Shown in pieces: positions 1 through 8,409 of a stretch of 64,000 bases of DNA. The DNA comes from an uncultured bacterium (GTDB lineage Bacteria; Bacillota_I; Bacilli_A; RFN20; CAG-826): contig CASGAD010000014.1 in NCBI GenBank assembly GCA_949299335.1, positions 66,330 through 130,329 on the forward strand, given 5' to 3'. The position numbers and the translations under genes are program-made. Under the pieces are notes generated by a model, which worked only from the letters and a program-made list of their open reading frames with translations, was not told the origin of the DNA and made no database searches. Within the stretch, counting starts at the first letter, position 1; each line of letters begins with the position of its first letter.

Positions 1-575
1 TTGGTATTATGCAATCAGAAAGTGTATGTCCAGATTGTGGTGGCAGTGGAAAAATTATTAAAACACCTTGTCCAGATTGTGGTGGAAAAGGTTATAAGAA
101 AGTTAAAAAAGATATCGATGTCAAAATCCCAGCAGGTATTCAATCTGGTCAACAAATTAGAGTCGCTGGAAAAGGCGAAAGGGGATCTAATGGAGGCGAT
201 AATGGAGATTTGTATATCGAAGTTATCGTGGCCGAACATGATTTCTTTAAAAGACAAGGCAATGATATCCATATCGAAATACCATTAGATTTTGTTGATG
301 CATGTTTAGGCGTAAATGTTAGTGTACCAACAGTTTATGGAGATGTAGAATTAAAGATTCCAGCTGGCACTCAACCAAATGCAGTTTTAGCCTTAAGAGG
401 TAAAGGTGTTAAGGATTTAAGAGGCAACGGATATGGTGATGAATTCGTTCATGTGAACGTTAAAACACCAACTCATTTGAATAAAGATCAAAAGAAAGCC
501 CTTGATGATTTTAAAAAAGCAAGCCTAAACGGCGACAATTTATTTGATAAATTCAAAAGAGCGTTTAAAAAATAA
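1..575 (+). CDS. dnaJ: Chaperone DnaJ, C-terminal part (5' end lies outside the window; open from base 3)
   Basis: Zn-finger repeats CPDCGGSGK and CPDCGGKG followed by a DnaJ C-terminal domain pattern. Stop TAA at 573-575. Confidence 0.9.
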   Translation, partial: GIMQSESVCPDCGGSGKIIKTPCPDCGGKGYKKVKKDIDVKIPAGIQSGQQIRVAGKGERGSNGGDNGDLYIEVIVAEHDFFKRQGNDIHIEIPLDFVDACLGVNVSVPTVYGDVELKIPAGTQPNAVLALRGKGVKDLRGNGYGDEFVHVNVKTPTHLNKDQKKALDDFKKASLNGDNLFDKFKRAFKK

Positions 576-592
576 CTTTAAAAGTTTATACT

Positions 593-627
593 AAAGAGGG
601 ATAAAAAAAATCCCTCTTTAATTTTTC
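593..627 (+). terminator. Rho-independent terminator after dnaJ
   Basis: 9-bp stem AAAGAGGGA (593-601) pairs with TCCCTCTTT (611-619). The loop is 9 nt and a T-rich tract follows. Confidence 0.75.
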
Positions 628-690
628 TTATTCGTATATTATTTTAACTACTCGGGAGATAATAAACTAAAAGAGTTTATTCGATTAATT

Positions 691-1134
691 ATGCCAAAAT
701 GTAAGTATTGTCATGAAAATATAACTAGATTTGATAAAGAAATTTGTCCTTTTTGTGGTGGCAAAAAGCCTTTAGAAGGAGTTGATGATTCAACTTATGA
801 TATCACTCAATTTGTTGACATCATGAAAGAGAACAATAAAGAAATAAAATTCAAGCAAAAGAAAAGAGTCACTAATGGATTATTATGTATGTTTTTAGGC
901 TTTTTTGGGGCCGATGCTTTTTATTTAGGCTTTAAAAAACTAGGAATTTTACGTTTATTGATTAATTTAATAATATACGCTGCAGCAAGTTTAATTTTAT
1001 TTTTCCTTACCGAGTTAAGTTTTTATTCATTTATTATCCCATTTGGGGCATTATTTGTTATTTATTTTATAATTGGAATAATTAATTTATTTATCAGAGG
1101 CAAAAAGGACGTTAACGGAGTATTTATTAGATAA
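691..1134 (+). CDS. Zinc-ribbon / TM2-domain membrane protein
   Basis: N-terminal CxxC...CxxC (CKYC..CPFC), then the TM2-like motif LGFFGADAFYLG and two hydrophobic helices. Confidence 0.7.
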   Translation: MPKCKYCHENITRFDKEICPFCGGKKPLEGVDDSTYDITQFVDIMKENNKEIKFKQKKRVTNGLLCMFLGFFGADAFYLGFKKLGILRLLINLIIYAAASLILFFLTELSFYSFIIPFGALFVIYFIIGIINLFIRGKKDVNGVFIR

Positions 1135-1850
1135 TGCAACGCTATTTCGCTTATAAAAATAAACATGATGAAATTGTTATCAACGATGATGACATTTTTC
1201 ATATTGTTAATGTAATGCGTATGAAAGAAGACGCTGAATTTGAAATAAATAATGATGGAGATATATATTTAGCAAAAGTTGATTTAGTATCGCCTTTTAA
1301 ATTTAGTCTAATCAAAAAAATAGAAGAAAATCATGAGTTAAATGGTTATATCCGTTTATTATATTGTCTTCCTAAAGGTGATAAAGTTGATTTAGTCATT
1401 CAAAAGGCAGTGGAATTAGGGGCTAATGAAATTGTTTTAATTAATAGCACTCGTTCAATCGCTAAAATAACTAATGAAAATAGGGACAAAAAAATTGCTC
1501 GTTTTAATAAAATTATTAAAGAAGCAAGTGAACAATCTAAAAGAACTAAGTTATTAAAATTAAATGATGTCATTACTTTTAAAGAGCTAAAAAATTATAA
1601 AGCTGATACTTCGTTTATCGCTTATGAAAATACAAGTTTAACTAGTAATGACTTATTAAAAGAATTGTCTTTAATTAAAGGCAAGACAGTTAACGTCATT
1701 ATTGGCGCTGAAGGTGGCATTACTAAAGAAGAACTTGATATAGCAATAAATCTAGGTTATAAAGAAATTTCATTAGGAAAAAGAATATTAAGAAGTGAAA
1801 CTGCTTGTATTTATATTCTTTCTTTATTATCTTTTTATATGGAAAATTAA
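1134..1850 (+). CDS. rsmE: 16S rRNA (uracil1498-N3)-methyltransferase RsmE
   Basis: Typical length. C-terminal motif IGAEGGITKEE...LGKRILRSETA. Lies between dnaJ and mtaB as in Bacillus. Confidence 0.85.
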   Translation: MQRYFAYKNKHDEIVINDDDIFHIVNVMRMKEDAEFEINNDGDIYLAKVDLVSPFKFSLIKKIEENHELNGYIRLLYCLPKGDKVDLVIQKAVELGANEIVLINSTRSIAKITNENRDKKIARFNKIIKEASEQSKRTKLLKLNDVITFKELKNYKADTSFIAYENTSLTSNDLLKELSLIKGKTVNVIIGAEGGITKEELDIAINLGYKEISLGKRILRSETACIYILSLLSFYMEN

Positions 1851-1851
1851 G

Positions 1852-2613
1852 ATGAAATCGTTATTTAGTATCCTTGAAAAAGAAAGAAATACCCGTAACT
1901 ACAAATATTCAGATGAAGTAGTCTTTTTTAATAAGTTCAAAGGCATGCTTAAAATTAATCCTTACTTTACTAAATACTTAGATTGTGAAAATGATTTTGA
2001 TATCATCAAAGCTAATATCATTATTAAAGCAATCATTAATAAAGAAGAATTAGATAAAATCATTAATGAAGCATATTTAAAGTATGAAAAACGTTTTATA
2101 AACAATATTAAAGAATTAATTAAAGAACAAATTAGCGATTTACCTTATATTGATTACGACAATTTTAAGGTTTATATTCCATTTTTCAATAAAGCCACCA
2201 ATATTGTTTATTCTCTTGAAAATGAAAAAATGAAAGAATATCCATATATTGAGTTAGCCAAAAAATATGAACCATTTATTGTAGAAGCTTTTGAAACTTA
2301 TACTATTGATGTTTTTGATTCGTTATTTACTCAACTTGTGAAAGTAGATGAATCAAAGACAACAATGGCTTTTTATCATTATGATTTTAATGCGATTTTT
2401 ATAATAAATAGGCAAGGAACTTTAGATAATGTCATATATTTATTTGATAAATACCTAATTAATCCTCATAAATATAATATTATTGAACGAATCAAACCTT
2501 TAATTAGAGCATATTATAATAACGATTTAGGTGAATTTGTTAATCTATTATATAAAAATGGATTTGTTAGTTATTACGTTTTTAGAAGGATTTGTAAGGT
2601 TAAAAAGATATGA
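1852..2613 (+). CDS. Hypothetical protein (253 aa from ATG 1852)
   Basis: Long ORF. ATG 1852 sits 1 nt after the rsmE stop, and the ORF's TGA overlaps the mtaB ATG. No recognisable motif. The 1795 start in the ORF track overlaps rsmE and is unlikely. Confidence 0.55.
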   Translation: MKSLFSILEKERNTRNYKYSDEVVFFNKFKGMLKINPYFTKYLDCENDFDIIKANIIIKAIINKEELDKIINEAYLKYEKRFINNIKELIKEQISDLPYIDYDNFKVYIPFFNKATNIVYSLENEKMKEYPYIELAKKYEPFIVEAFETYTIDVFDSLFTQLVKVDESKTTMAFYHYDFNAIFIINRQGTLDNVIYLFDKYLINPHKYNIIERIKPLIRAYYNNDLGEFVNLLYKNGFVSYYVFRRICKVKKI

Positions 2614-3902
2614 CATTATTACTCGAATTTCTTGGATGCAAAGTTAATAGTTATGAAGTAGAAGCAATCGCTCAAGAATTTTTTGATCATGGTTTTAAAT
2701 TATTTGATTCTGATAATGAAGATTCTCCAGATGTCATAATTATTAATACCTGTGCAGTTACTGAAACTAGTGTCACTAAAGATAAAAAAATGATTCGTCA
2801 CTATAAAAAACTCTATCCTAATGCCATAATTTGTGTCATGGGTTGCTATTCTCAATATAAAGGAGAATATATTAGTGAAGAATTAGGTGCTCAAATTGTA
2901 ATTGGAACTTCAAATCGAAATAAATTATTTAGTTTATATGAAAAATATATAGCTACAAAGAAAAATATATACCTTCATGATGAAAATAACTCAATTAAAA
3001 ATTATGAAGTTTTACATGTAAATAAGTTTTTATTTAATACAAGAGCTTATGTCAAAATTCAAGATGGGTGTAATAATTTTTGTACTTATTGTTTGATTCC
3101 TTATATTAGAGGACGCTCAAGAAGTAGAGATAAAGATGACATTGTTAATGAAATAAAAACATTAATTTATAATGGACATCGAGAAATCGTTCTTACTGGA
3201 GTAGATATGTCTAGCTATGGACTAGACTTTAAAGAAAAAATATCTTTTAGTGATTTACTTGAATATATCATTTTAAATGTGCCTAATTTATATAGATTAC
3301 GTATATCTTCATTAGAAATTAGTTTATTAGACGATAAATTTCTACATTTATTAGAAAAGTATGATGTTTTAGCTAATCATTTACATATCCCATTACAAAG
3401 TGGCAGTAAAGAAGTTGTTAAAAAAATGAATCGTAAGTATGAAATAGATTTATTTAAAGAAAAAATCGGTTTGATTAGAAAAATTAGACCTGGAATCTCA
3501 ATTACTACTGATGTAATCGTTGGTTTTCCTGGAGAAAGTGAAGTTAACTTTATTGAAACATATCGTTCTTGTGAAGAGATTAAGTTTTCTAAAATTCATG
3601 TTTTCCCTTATTCGGATAGAGAAGGGACAATTGCTTCTAAAATGAACGATAAAATTCCTAATAATGTTAAAAAAGATCGTGTCCATCGACTCATGGCACT
3701 AAGTAAAAATCTTGAGGAAGAATACTCTAAAGAATTCTATGGTCAAGAAATCGAATTTTTATTTGAAGAGTATGACGATTTATTAAAAGGCTATAAAGGG
3801 CATAGTTCGAATTATTTAGAGTGCTATGTTCAAAGTGAAGAAAATTTAAAAGGGGCAATAAAAAAAGTTAAATTTACTAAGGAAAATTCACTTGAATTTT
3901 GA
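2610..3902 (+). CDS. mtaB: tRNA (N6-threonylcarbamoyladenosine) methylthiotransferase MtaB (radical SAM)
   Basis: UPF0004 N-terminal domain (INTCAVT), radical-SAM motif CNNFCTYCLIP, C-terminal TRAM-like region. Synteny after rsmE. Confidence 0.85.
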   Translation: MTLLLEFLGCKVNSYEVEAIAQEFFDHGFKLFDSDNEDSPDVIIINTCAVTETSVTKDKKMIRHYKKLYPNAIICVMGCYSQYKGEYISEELGAQIVIGTSNRNKLFSLYEKYIATKKNIYLHDENNSIKNYEVLHVNKFLFNTRAYVKIQDGCNNFCTYCLIPYIRGRSRSRDKDDIVNEIKTLIYNGHREIVLTGVDMSSYGLDFKEKISFSDLLEYIILNVPNLYRLRISSLEISLLDDKFLHLLEKYDVLANHLHIPLQSGSKEVVKKMNRKYEIDLFKEKIGLIRKIRPGISITTDVIVGFPGESEVNFIETYRSCEEIKFSKIHVFPYSDREGTIASKMNDKIPNNVKKDRVHRLMALSKNLEEEYSKEFYGQEIEFLFEEYDDLLKGYKGHSSNYLECYVQSEENLKGAIKKVKFTKENSLEF

Positions 3903-3974
3903 CAATGTCAAAAATAAAAAAGTTCGATTAAATCAGTATTATTTAATTTTTTATATATAATATCAAAAAAATAT

Positions 3975-4002
3975 TTGCTTTTTAAAATTAGTACTATATA
4001 AT
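3975..4002 (+). promoter_or_regulatory. Candidate sigma-A promoter of rpmF
   Basis: TTGCTT (3975-3980), 16-nt spacer, TATAAT (3997-4002). SD AGGAGA at 4014-4019. Confidence 0.4.
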
Positions 4003-4027
4003 ATTCACTTGTTAGGAGAATTATATT

Positions 4028-4201
4028 ATGGCAGTACCTTTTAGAAGAACTAGTAAAACATCAAAAAGAATGAGAAGAACTCATTTTAAATTACATGTTA
4101 ATGGTGTATCAATTTGTTCACATTGTGGAGCAATGGTTAAATCACATACAGTTTGCCCAAAATGTGGTTATTATGATGGCAAACAAGTCATTAAAAAGTA
4201 A
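4028..4201 (+). CDS. rpmF: 50S ribosomal protein L32 (not in the ORF track, 57 aa)
   Basis: Hand translation gives [57 protein letters not shown]. The MAVP..R.SK..R..RR start and two CxxC pairs fit L32, and there is a good SD. Confidence 0.9.
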   Translation: MAVPFRRTSKTSKRMRRTHFKLHVNGVSICSHCGAMVKSHTVCPKCGYYDGKQVIKK

Positions 4202-4223
4202 TCTAAATTTGAATTCTAAATCA

Positions 4224-4250
4224 AGTCTCTCTAGCCAGAGACTTTTTTAT
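4224..4250 (+). terminator. Rho-independent terminator after rpmF
   Basis: Stem AGTCTCT (4224-4230) pairs with AGAGACT (4237-4243), followed by TTTTTT. Confidence 0.7.
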
Positions 4251-4280
4251 TGCTGATATATAGAATATATTTTCTATTTT

Positions 4281-4289
4281 TGCTAAAAT
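4281..4289 (+). promoter_or_regulatory. Extended -10 (TGcTAAAAT) placed for a leaderless transcript of the oxidoreductase gene
   Basis: TGCTAAAAT ends at 4289 and the A of the ATG is at 4296, 7 nt downstream. No SD lies between them. Confidence 0.4.
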
Positions 4290-4295
4290 ATCACC

Positions 4296-5273
4296 ATGAA
4301 TTTAGGTTTTTTAGGTTGTTCTAAAATCGGAATAAAAATTATTGAGGCACTAAAATCAATTCCTGAAGTGGTTTTATATGGTTGTAGTGCGCAAGATTCT
4401 ATTAGAGCAAAAGAATATAAAGAAAAATATGGTTTTCTTAAAAGCTACGAATCATATGAAGAAATGTTAAACGATCCTAATATTGAATTAGTTTATGTTT
4501 CTACATTAATGAGTACTCACTATAAAGATGTTTTGATGTGTCTAAAGCATAATAAAAGTGTAATAGTAGAAAAAGCTTTTACAATGAATGCCAAAGAAGC
4601 AGATGAGCTATGTTATTATAGTGAAAAACATAATATTTATCTTGGTGAAGCTATTTGGACTAGATATATGCCTAGTAAAGCTATTATTAATAAACTTATT
4701 AAAGATGGCGTTATAGGGGAAGTTTATCATGTTGACGCTAATTTATCATATTCTTTAAAAAATGTTAAAAGATTGACCACTAAAGAGCTTGGTGGAGGTA
4801 TTTTACTTGATGTAGGAGTTTACCCTATTAACTTTTTAACAATGTTTTTTGGCTATGATTTTAAACTTATTAATAGCGTTATGGTCATGAACAAGGAATT
4901 TAATGTTGATGAAAGTGTAATGATAAATGTAGTCTATAAAAACGGATTGACGGCCTCTTTATTTGCTTCAATGAACGGAGTTACTTCTAAAAAAGGAATT
5001 ATTTATGGAAGTAAAGGTTATTTAGAAATTGATGATATAAATAATCCTCATAAGGTTTCTATTTTCGATACATTCAATAAAAGATCACCTGAACTTAGTA
5101 AAGTAATTGAATTTGAAAAGCAGGTGAATGGTTATGAATATGAATTTATAGAAACAATTGAAAATGTTAAAAATCATCAAATTGAGCCAAATTCAATGCT
5201 TCATAGTGAAACATTAAAAATTATGAAAATCATTGATGAAATCAATGAAAAATCGATAAAAGTATATAAGTAG
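4296..5273 (+). CDS. Gfo/Idh/MocA-family NAD(P)-dependent oxidoreductase
   Basis: N-terminal Rossmann pattern LGFLGCSKIG, EKA(F) motif VIVEKAF, typical length of about 325 aa. Confidence 0.8.
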   Translation: MNLGFLGCSKIGIKIIEALKSIPEVVLYGCSAQDSIRAKEYKEKYGFLKSYESYEEMLNDPNIELVYVSTLMSTHYKDVLMCLKHNKSVIVEKAFTMNAKEADELCYYSEKHNIYLGEAIWTRYMPSKAIINKLIKDGVIGEVYHVDANLSYSLKNVKRLTTKELGGGILLDVGVYPINFLTMFFGYDFKLINSVMVMNKEFNVDESVMINVVYKNGLTASLFASMNGVTSKKGIIYGSKGYLEIDDINNPHKVSIFDTFNKRSPELSKVIEFEKQVNGYEYEFIETIENVKNHQIEPNSMLHSETLKIMKIIDEINEKSIKVYK

Positions 5274-5308
5274 TTATTTTATAGTAATTAATTAGTATTA
5301 AATTAGTA
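5260..5308 (+). repeat. Phased TAGTA array 1 (period 11 bp), fills the gap between the oxidoreductase gene and deoC
   Basis: Perfect TAGTA at 5282, 5293 and 5304. Degenerate AAGTA at 5260 and TAGTT at 5271; the latter contains the TAG stop. Confidence 0.7.
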
Positions 5309-5322
5309 GTTAGGAGGAAAAT

Positions 5323-5958
5323 ATGAACTACAATAAATATATTGATAACACTCTTTTAAGAGCTGATGCTACATTAGCTGAGATTAAAGGTTTATGTGAA
5401 GAAAGCATTAAGTATGATTTTAAGTCCTGCTGCATTAATCCAGCTTATATAAAGGCAACAAAAGAATTTTTAAAAGGAAGCAATGTCTTAGTTTGCACAG
5501 TCATCGGATTCCCACTTGGTAGCATGACTACTGAAGCAAAAGTTTTTGAAACTAAAGATGCTTTAGAAAAAGGCGCCGATGAAATTGATATGGTCATTAA
5601 TGTTAGTAGATTAAAAGATCATGATGATGATTATGTCTATAACGAAATAAAAGCTATCAAAGAAGTTTGTGGAAAGCATATTTTAAAAGTAATTATCGAA
5701 ACTTGCTTATTAACCGATGAAGAAAAAGTTAGAGTTTGCAAATTAGCTAAAAAAGCAGGTGCTGATTTTGTTAAAACAAGTACTGGCTTCTCAAAATGGG
5801 GAGCAAAAGCAGAAGATGTTAAATTAATGAGAGAAACTGTTGGTCCAGATATGGGTGTTAAGGCTTCTGGTGGAGTCAGAACACACGAAGAAATGATGGA
5901 AATGATCGAAGCTGGAGCAACAAGAATTGGAACAAGTAAAGGTTCCGCATTAATGTAA
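5323..5958 (+). CDS. deoC: Deoxyribose-phosphate aldolase
   Basis: Motifs IDMVIN and FVKTSTGF (Schiff-base Lys) and KASGGVR. Strong SD AGGAGG. Confidence 0.92.
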   Translation: MNYNKYIDNTLLRADATLAEIKGLCEESIKYDFKSCCINPAYIKATKEFLKGSNVLVCTVIGFPLGSMTTEAKVFETKDALEKGADEIDMVINVSRLKDHDDDYVYNEIKAIKEVCGKHILKVIIETCLLTDEEKVRVCKLAKKAGADFVKTSTGFSKWGAKAEDVKLMRETVGPDMGVKASGGVRTHEEMMEMIEAGATRIGTSKGSALM

Positions 5959-6047
5959 TTATCCAAAAATAAAAAAACTATTGCTTAGCAATATTAATTT
6001 CTGTAAAATTAATAACGTTCGAATTCGAGAATGGAGGTGAAAAAAAG

Positions 6048-6221
6048 ATGTCTAAGGTAGTAATTAGAGAAGGTGAATCTCTCGATGAAGCATTACGTAG
6101 ATTTAAAAGACAAGTCAACAAGGCTGGTACCATTCAAGAATGCAGAAGAAGAGAATGCTTTTTAAAGAAAAATCTTAAGAGAAAATTAAAAAGCGAAAAC
6201 GCTCGTAAAAAATACAGATAG
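6048..6221 (+). CDS. rpsU: 30S ribosomal protein S21 (not in the ORF track, 57 aa)
   Basis: Hand translation gives [66 protein letters not shown] upstream. Confidence 0.9.
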   Translation: MSKVVIREGESLDEALRRFKRQVNKAGTIQECRRRECFLKKNLKRKLKSENARKKYR

Positions 6222-6223
6222 TC

Positions 6224-6252
6224 AAAAATCCACTCGATAGGGTGGATTTTTT
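6224..6252 (+). terminator. Rho-independent terminator after rpsU
   Basis: Stem AAAAATCCAC (6224-6233) pairs with GTGGATTTTT (6242-6251), running into a T tract. Confidence 0.75.
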
Positions 6253-6299
6253 TGTTAAAAACTTATTTTTAACCTTGTTGTACTACTAAGGAGGTAAAA

Positions 6300-7490
6300 A
6301 TGAGTTATTTTATTAAACAAATTGGATTGAAAGATTGTTCCTTTGCTTGTGTAAAGATGCTTTTAGCAATGGTATATAAAAATAAAAAGTTTTTATATTA
6401 TCCTCAAATTAAAAAAGATGAATCATATTCGCTTTTAGATATTATAAAAATCGCTAAAAATGAAGGAGTTGAACTAAAAGGATATAAATATGTAACTAAA
6501 GAAAGTTTCTTCGTTCAAAAAAGATTCCCAATTTTAGTGGTACTAAAAGAAAACAATCTTTTGCATATGGTATTAGTTAAGAAAATTAAGTGTAAGAGAG
6601 TTTTAATTTATGATCCTAAAATAGGTATATATGAGTTAAAAAAAGATAAATTCCTAGAATTATGGAATAGTGAGATATTAGAGATCGAATCAATAGGTTC
6701 TTCTAATTATAAGGAGAGTTATTCATCGCCAGTACCTTTAAAAAATAAGATTATATCGTACTTTTTACAAGTTATTAGTCTATTAACTATTTTAGGTGCA
6801 ATGTTTTTCTCGAATGAAACTTATAGTTTTTATATACCATTATTGCTTTTAGTAGCTTTTGCTATTTCTGAATTTGCTTATAAAAGAGTATTAATTAGTT
6901 CTATGAAAGCTTTTGACAATCGTATTATCGAGCGTGTATTTGACGAAAAAAGAAAAGTTTTTAAAGACAAATACATTGAAATGAATAAATTTAAAACATT
7001 ATTACTTGGTAGACCAATTCAATTAATCAACTCGATAATTGTTTTAGTGGTTGGGCTAATTATTTTATCACTAAATAGTTATTTAAATCTTATTAACATT
7101 ACTTTAGTAATATCTTTGAGCATTATTCTAGAAGTTATTCAATATAAATATTTTTTAAATAGGGATGATATTAAAGTAAAGGAAAATGAGTTATTTGAAG
7201 CAGATTCATCGATTGATTACCAAAAGTCTTTAGCATTACTTCAAAATAAAGTTTATAAGCGAGTAACTTTTATTAGTTATAAAAAGTATTTAATTACTTT
7301 TTTAATTGGAGTGATTTGTCTAGTTTATGCCGCCTTTAGTGATGAGATAAGTTTGAATTTTATATTATTTCATGCGTTTATATATTCTTATATAAATGAA
7401 AATGCTACAAACATTTTAAAAATTTACTTTGAAACACCTGATTATAAGTATTCTAAGTGTTTATATAAGTATTATTGTGATGAAATTTAA
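6300..7490 (+). CDS. Peptidase-C39-domain membrane protein (like a bacteriocin-processing ABC exporter but without an ATPase domain)
   Basis: N-terminal 125 aa fit C39: Gln7, Cys13 (KDCSFAC), His89 (LLHMVLV), Asp105 (IYDP). About six hydrophobic helices follow. No Walker A/B or ABC signature. Strong SD AAGGAGG. Confidence 0.65.
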   Translation: MSYFIKQIGLKDCSFACVKMLLAMVYKNKKFLYYPQIKKDESYSLLDIIKIAKNEGVELKGYKYVTKESFFVQKRFPILVVLKENNLLHMVLVKKIKCKRVLIYDPKIGIYELKKDKFLELWNSEILEIESIGSSNYKESYSSPVPLKNKIISYFLQVISLLTILGAMFFSNETYSFYIPLLLLVAFAISEFAYKRVLISSMKAFDNRIIERVFDEKRKVFKDKYIEMNKFKTLLLGRPIQLINSIIVLVVGLIILSLNSYLNLINITLVISLSIILEVIQYKYFLNRDDIKVKENELFEADSSIDYQKSLALLQNKVYKRVTFISYKKYLITFLIGVICLVYAAFSDEISLNFILFHAFIYSYINENATNILKIYFETPDYKYSKCLYKYYCDEI

Positions 7491-7539
7491 GTCATTAAGT
7501 GTAGAATAAATCAAAAATATTCTTTCTAATATTGTTTCA

Positions 7540-7548
7540 TGCTAAAAT
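7540..7548 (+). promoter_or_regulatory. Extended -10 (TGcTAAAAT) placed for a leaderless ybeY transcript
   Basis: TGCTAAAAT ends at 7548 and the ATG is at 7555, the same 7-nt spacing as at 4289/4296. No SD. Confidence 0.4.
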
Positions 7549-7554
7549 AAATGC

Positions 7555-8004
7555 ATGAATTTAGATTTTAATAGCGAAATATCACAAGATGTAAGTGAAT
7601 TCGAACCTTTATATAATAGGTTATTAGAAAAAACATTAGTCATGTTAAATAAGTCAACTAATTGTTTAATGAGCGTTACTTTCGTTAATAAAGAGCAAAT
7701 TCATGAAATCAATAAGATTTATCGAAATATTGATAGGCCTACTGATGTTATAAGTTTTGCTTTTTTGGATGACGAAAACGAGAAAAATATTAAAGGAGAC
7801 TTTCCATTAGATTTAGGTGAAATTTACATTTGTTATGAAGTAGCAGATGAAAACCGTAAATCTTACGGCAATAGTTTAAAAAGAGAATTAGCTTTCCTTT
7901 TCGTCCATGGACTATTACATTTGCTTGGATATGATCATATGACTAAAGAAGACGAAGAGGTCATGTTTCCTCTTCAAGAAAAGATATTAGAAGGAGAACT
8001 TTAA
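7555..8004 (+). CDS. ybeY: rRNA maturation endoribonuclease YbeY
   Basis: Metal-binding motif HGLLHLLGYDH. About 150 aa. Confidence 0.92.
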   Translation: MNLDFNSEISQDVSEFEPLYNRLLEKTLVMLNKSTNCLMSVTFVNKEQIHEINKIYRNIDRPTDVISFAFLDDENEKNIKGDFPLDLGEIYICYEVADENRKSYGNSLKRELAFLFVHGLLHLLGYDHMTKEDEEVMFPLQEKILEGEL

Positions 8005-8006
8005 TA

Positions 8007-8408
8007 ATGATTAGTAAAGAAGAATTAGTATTAAAAGCGATTGAAGCTAGAGAAAATGCCTATACTCCATATTCGAAGTTTGCTGTTGGAGCTGCTTTAT
8101 TAACAACAAGTGGAGAAGTTTATTTAGGATGTAACATCGAAAACGCTTCGTATGGATTATGTATGTGTGCTGAAAGAAACGCTCTTTATAACGCTTATTG
8201 TCACGGAGTTTCTCAAGATGATATCGAAGCTTTAGCAATTGTCGCAGATACAGATGAACCAGTTTCACCTTGTGGAGCATGTAGACAAGTTATTAGTGAA
8301 TTATTCCCGAAAGATGCCCCTATTTATTTAGCTAATTTAAATGGCGATATAAAAGAAACTTGTATTGAAGAACTTTTACCATACGCCTTTGAAAGTAGTG
8401 ATTTATAG
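8007..8408 (+). CDS. cdd: Cytidine deaminase
   Basis: CAERNA and PCGACRQ zinc-binding motifs. 133 aa. Confidence 0.92.
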   Translation: MISKEELVLKAIEARENAYTPYSKFAVGAALLTTSGEVYLGCNIENASYGLCMCAERNALYNAYCHGVSQDDIEALAIVADTDEPVSPCGACRQVISELFPKDAPIYLANLNGDIKETCIEELLPYAFESSDL

Positions 8409-8409
8409 T

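Noticed and set aside
3897-3913. 17-bp perfect palindrome TTTTGACA-A-TGTCAAAA overlapping the mtaB stop; it reads TTGACA on both strands.
   Set aside because: It cannot form a useful hairpin because the loop is only 1 nt. There is no -10 box at 16-18 nt on either side, and it is a single occurrence.
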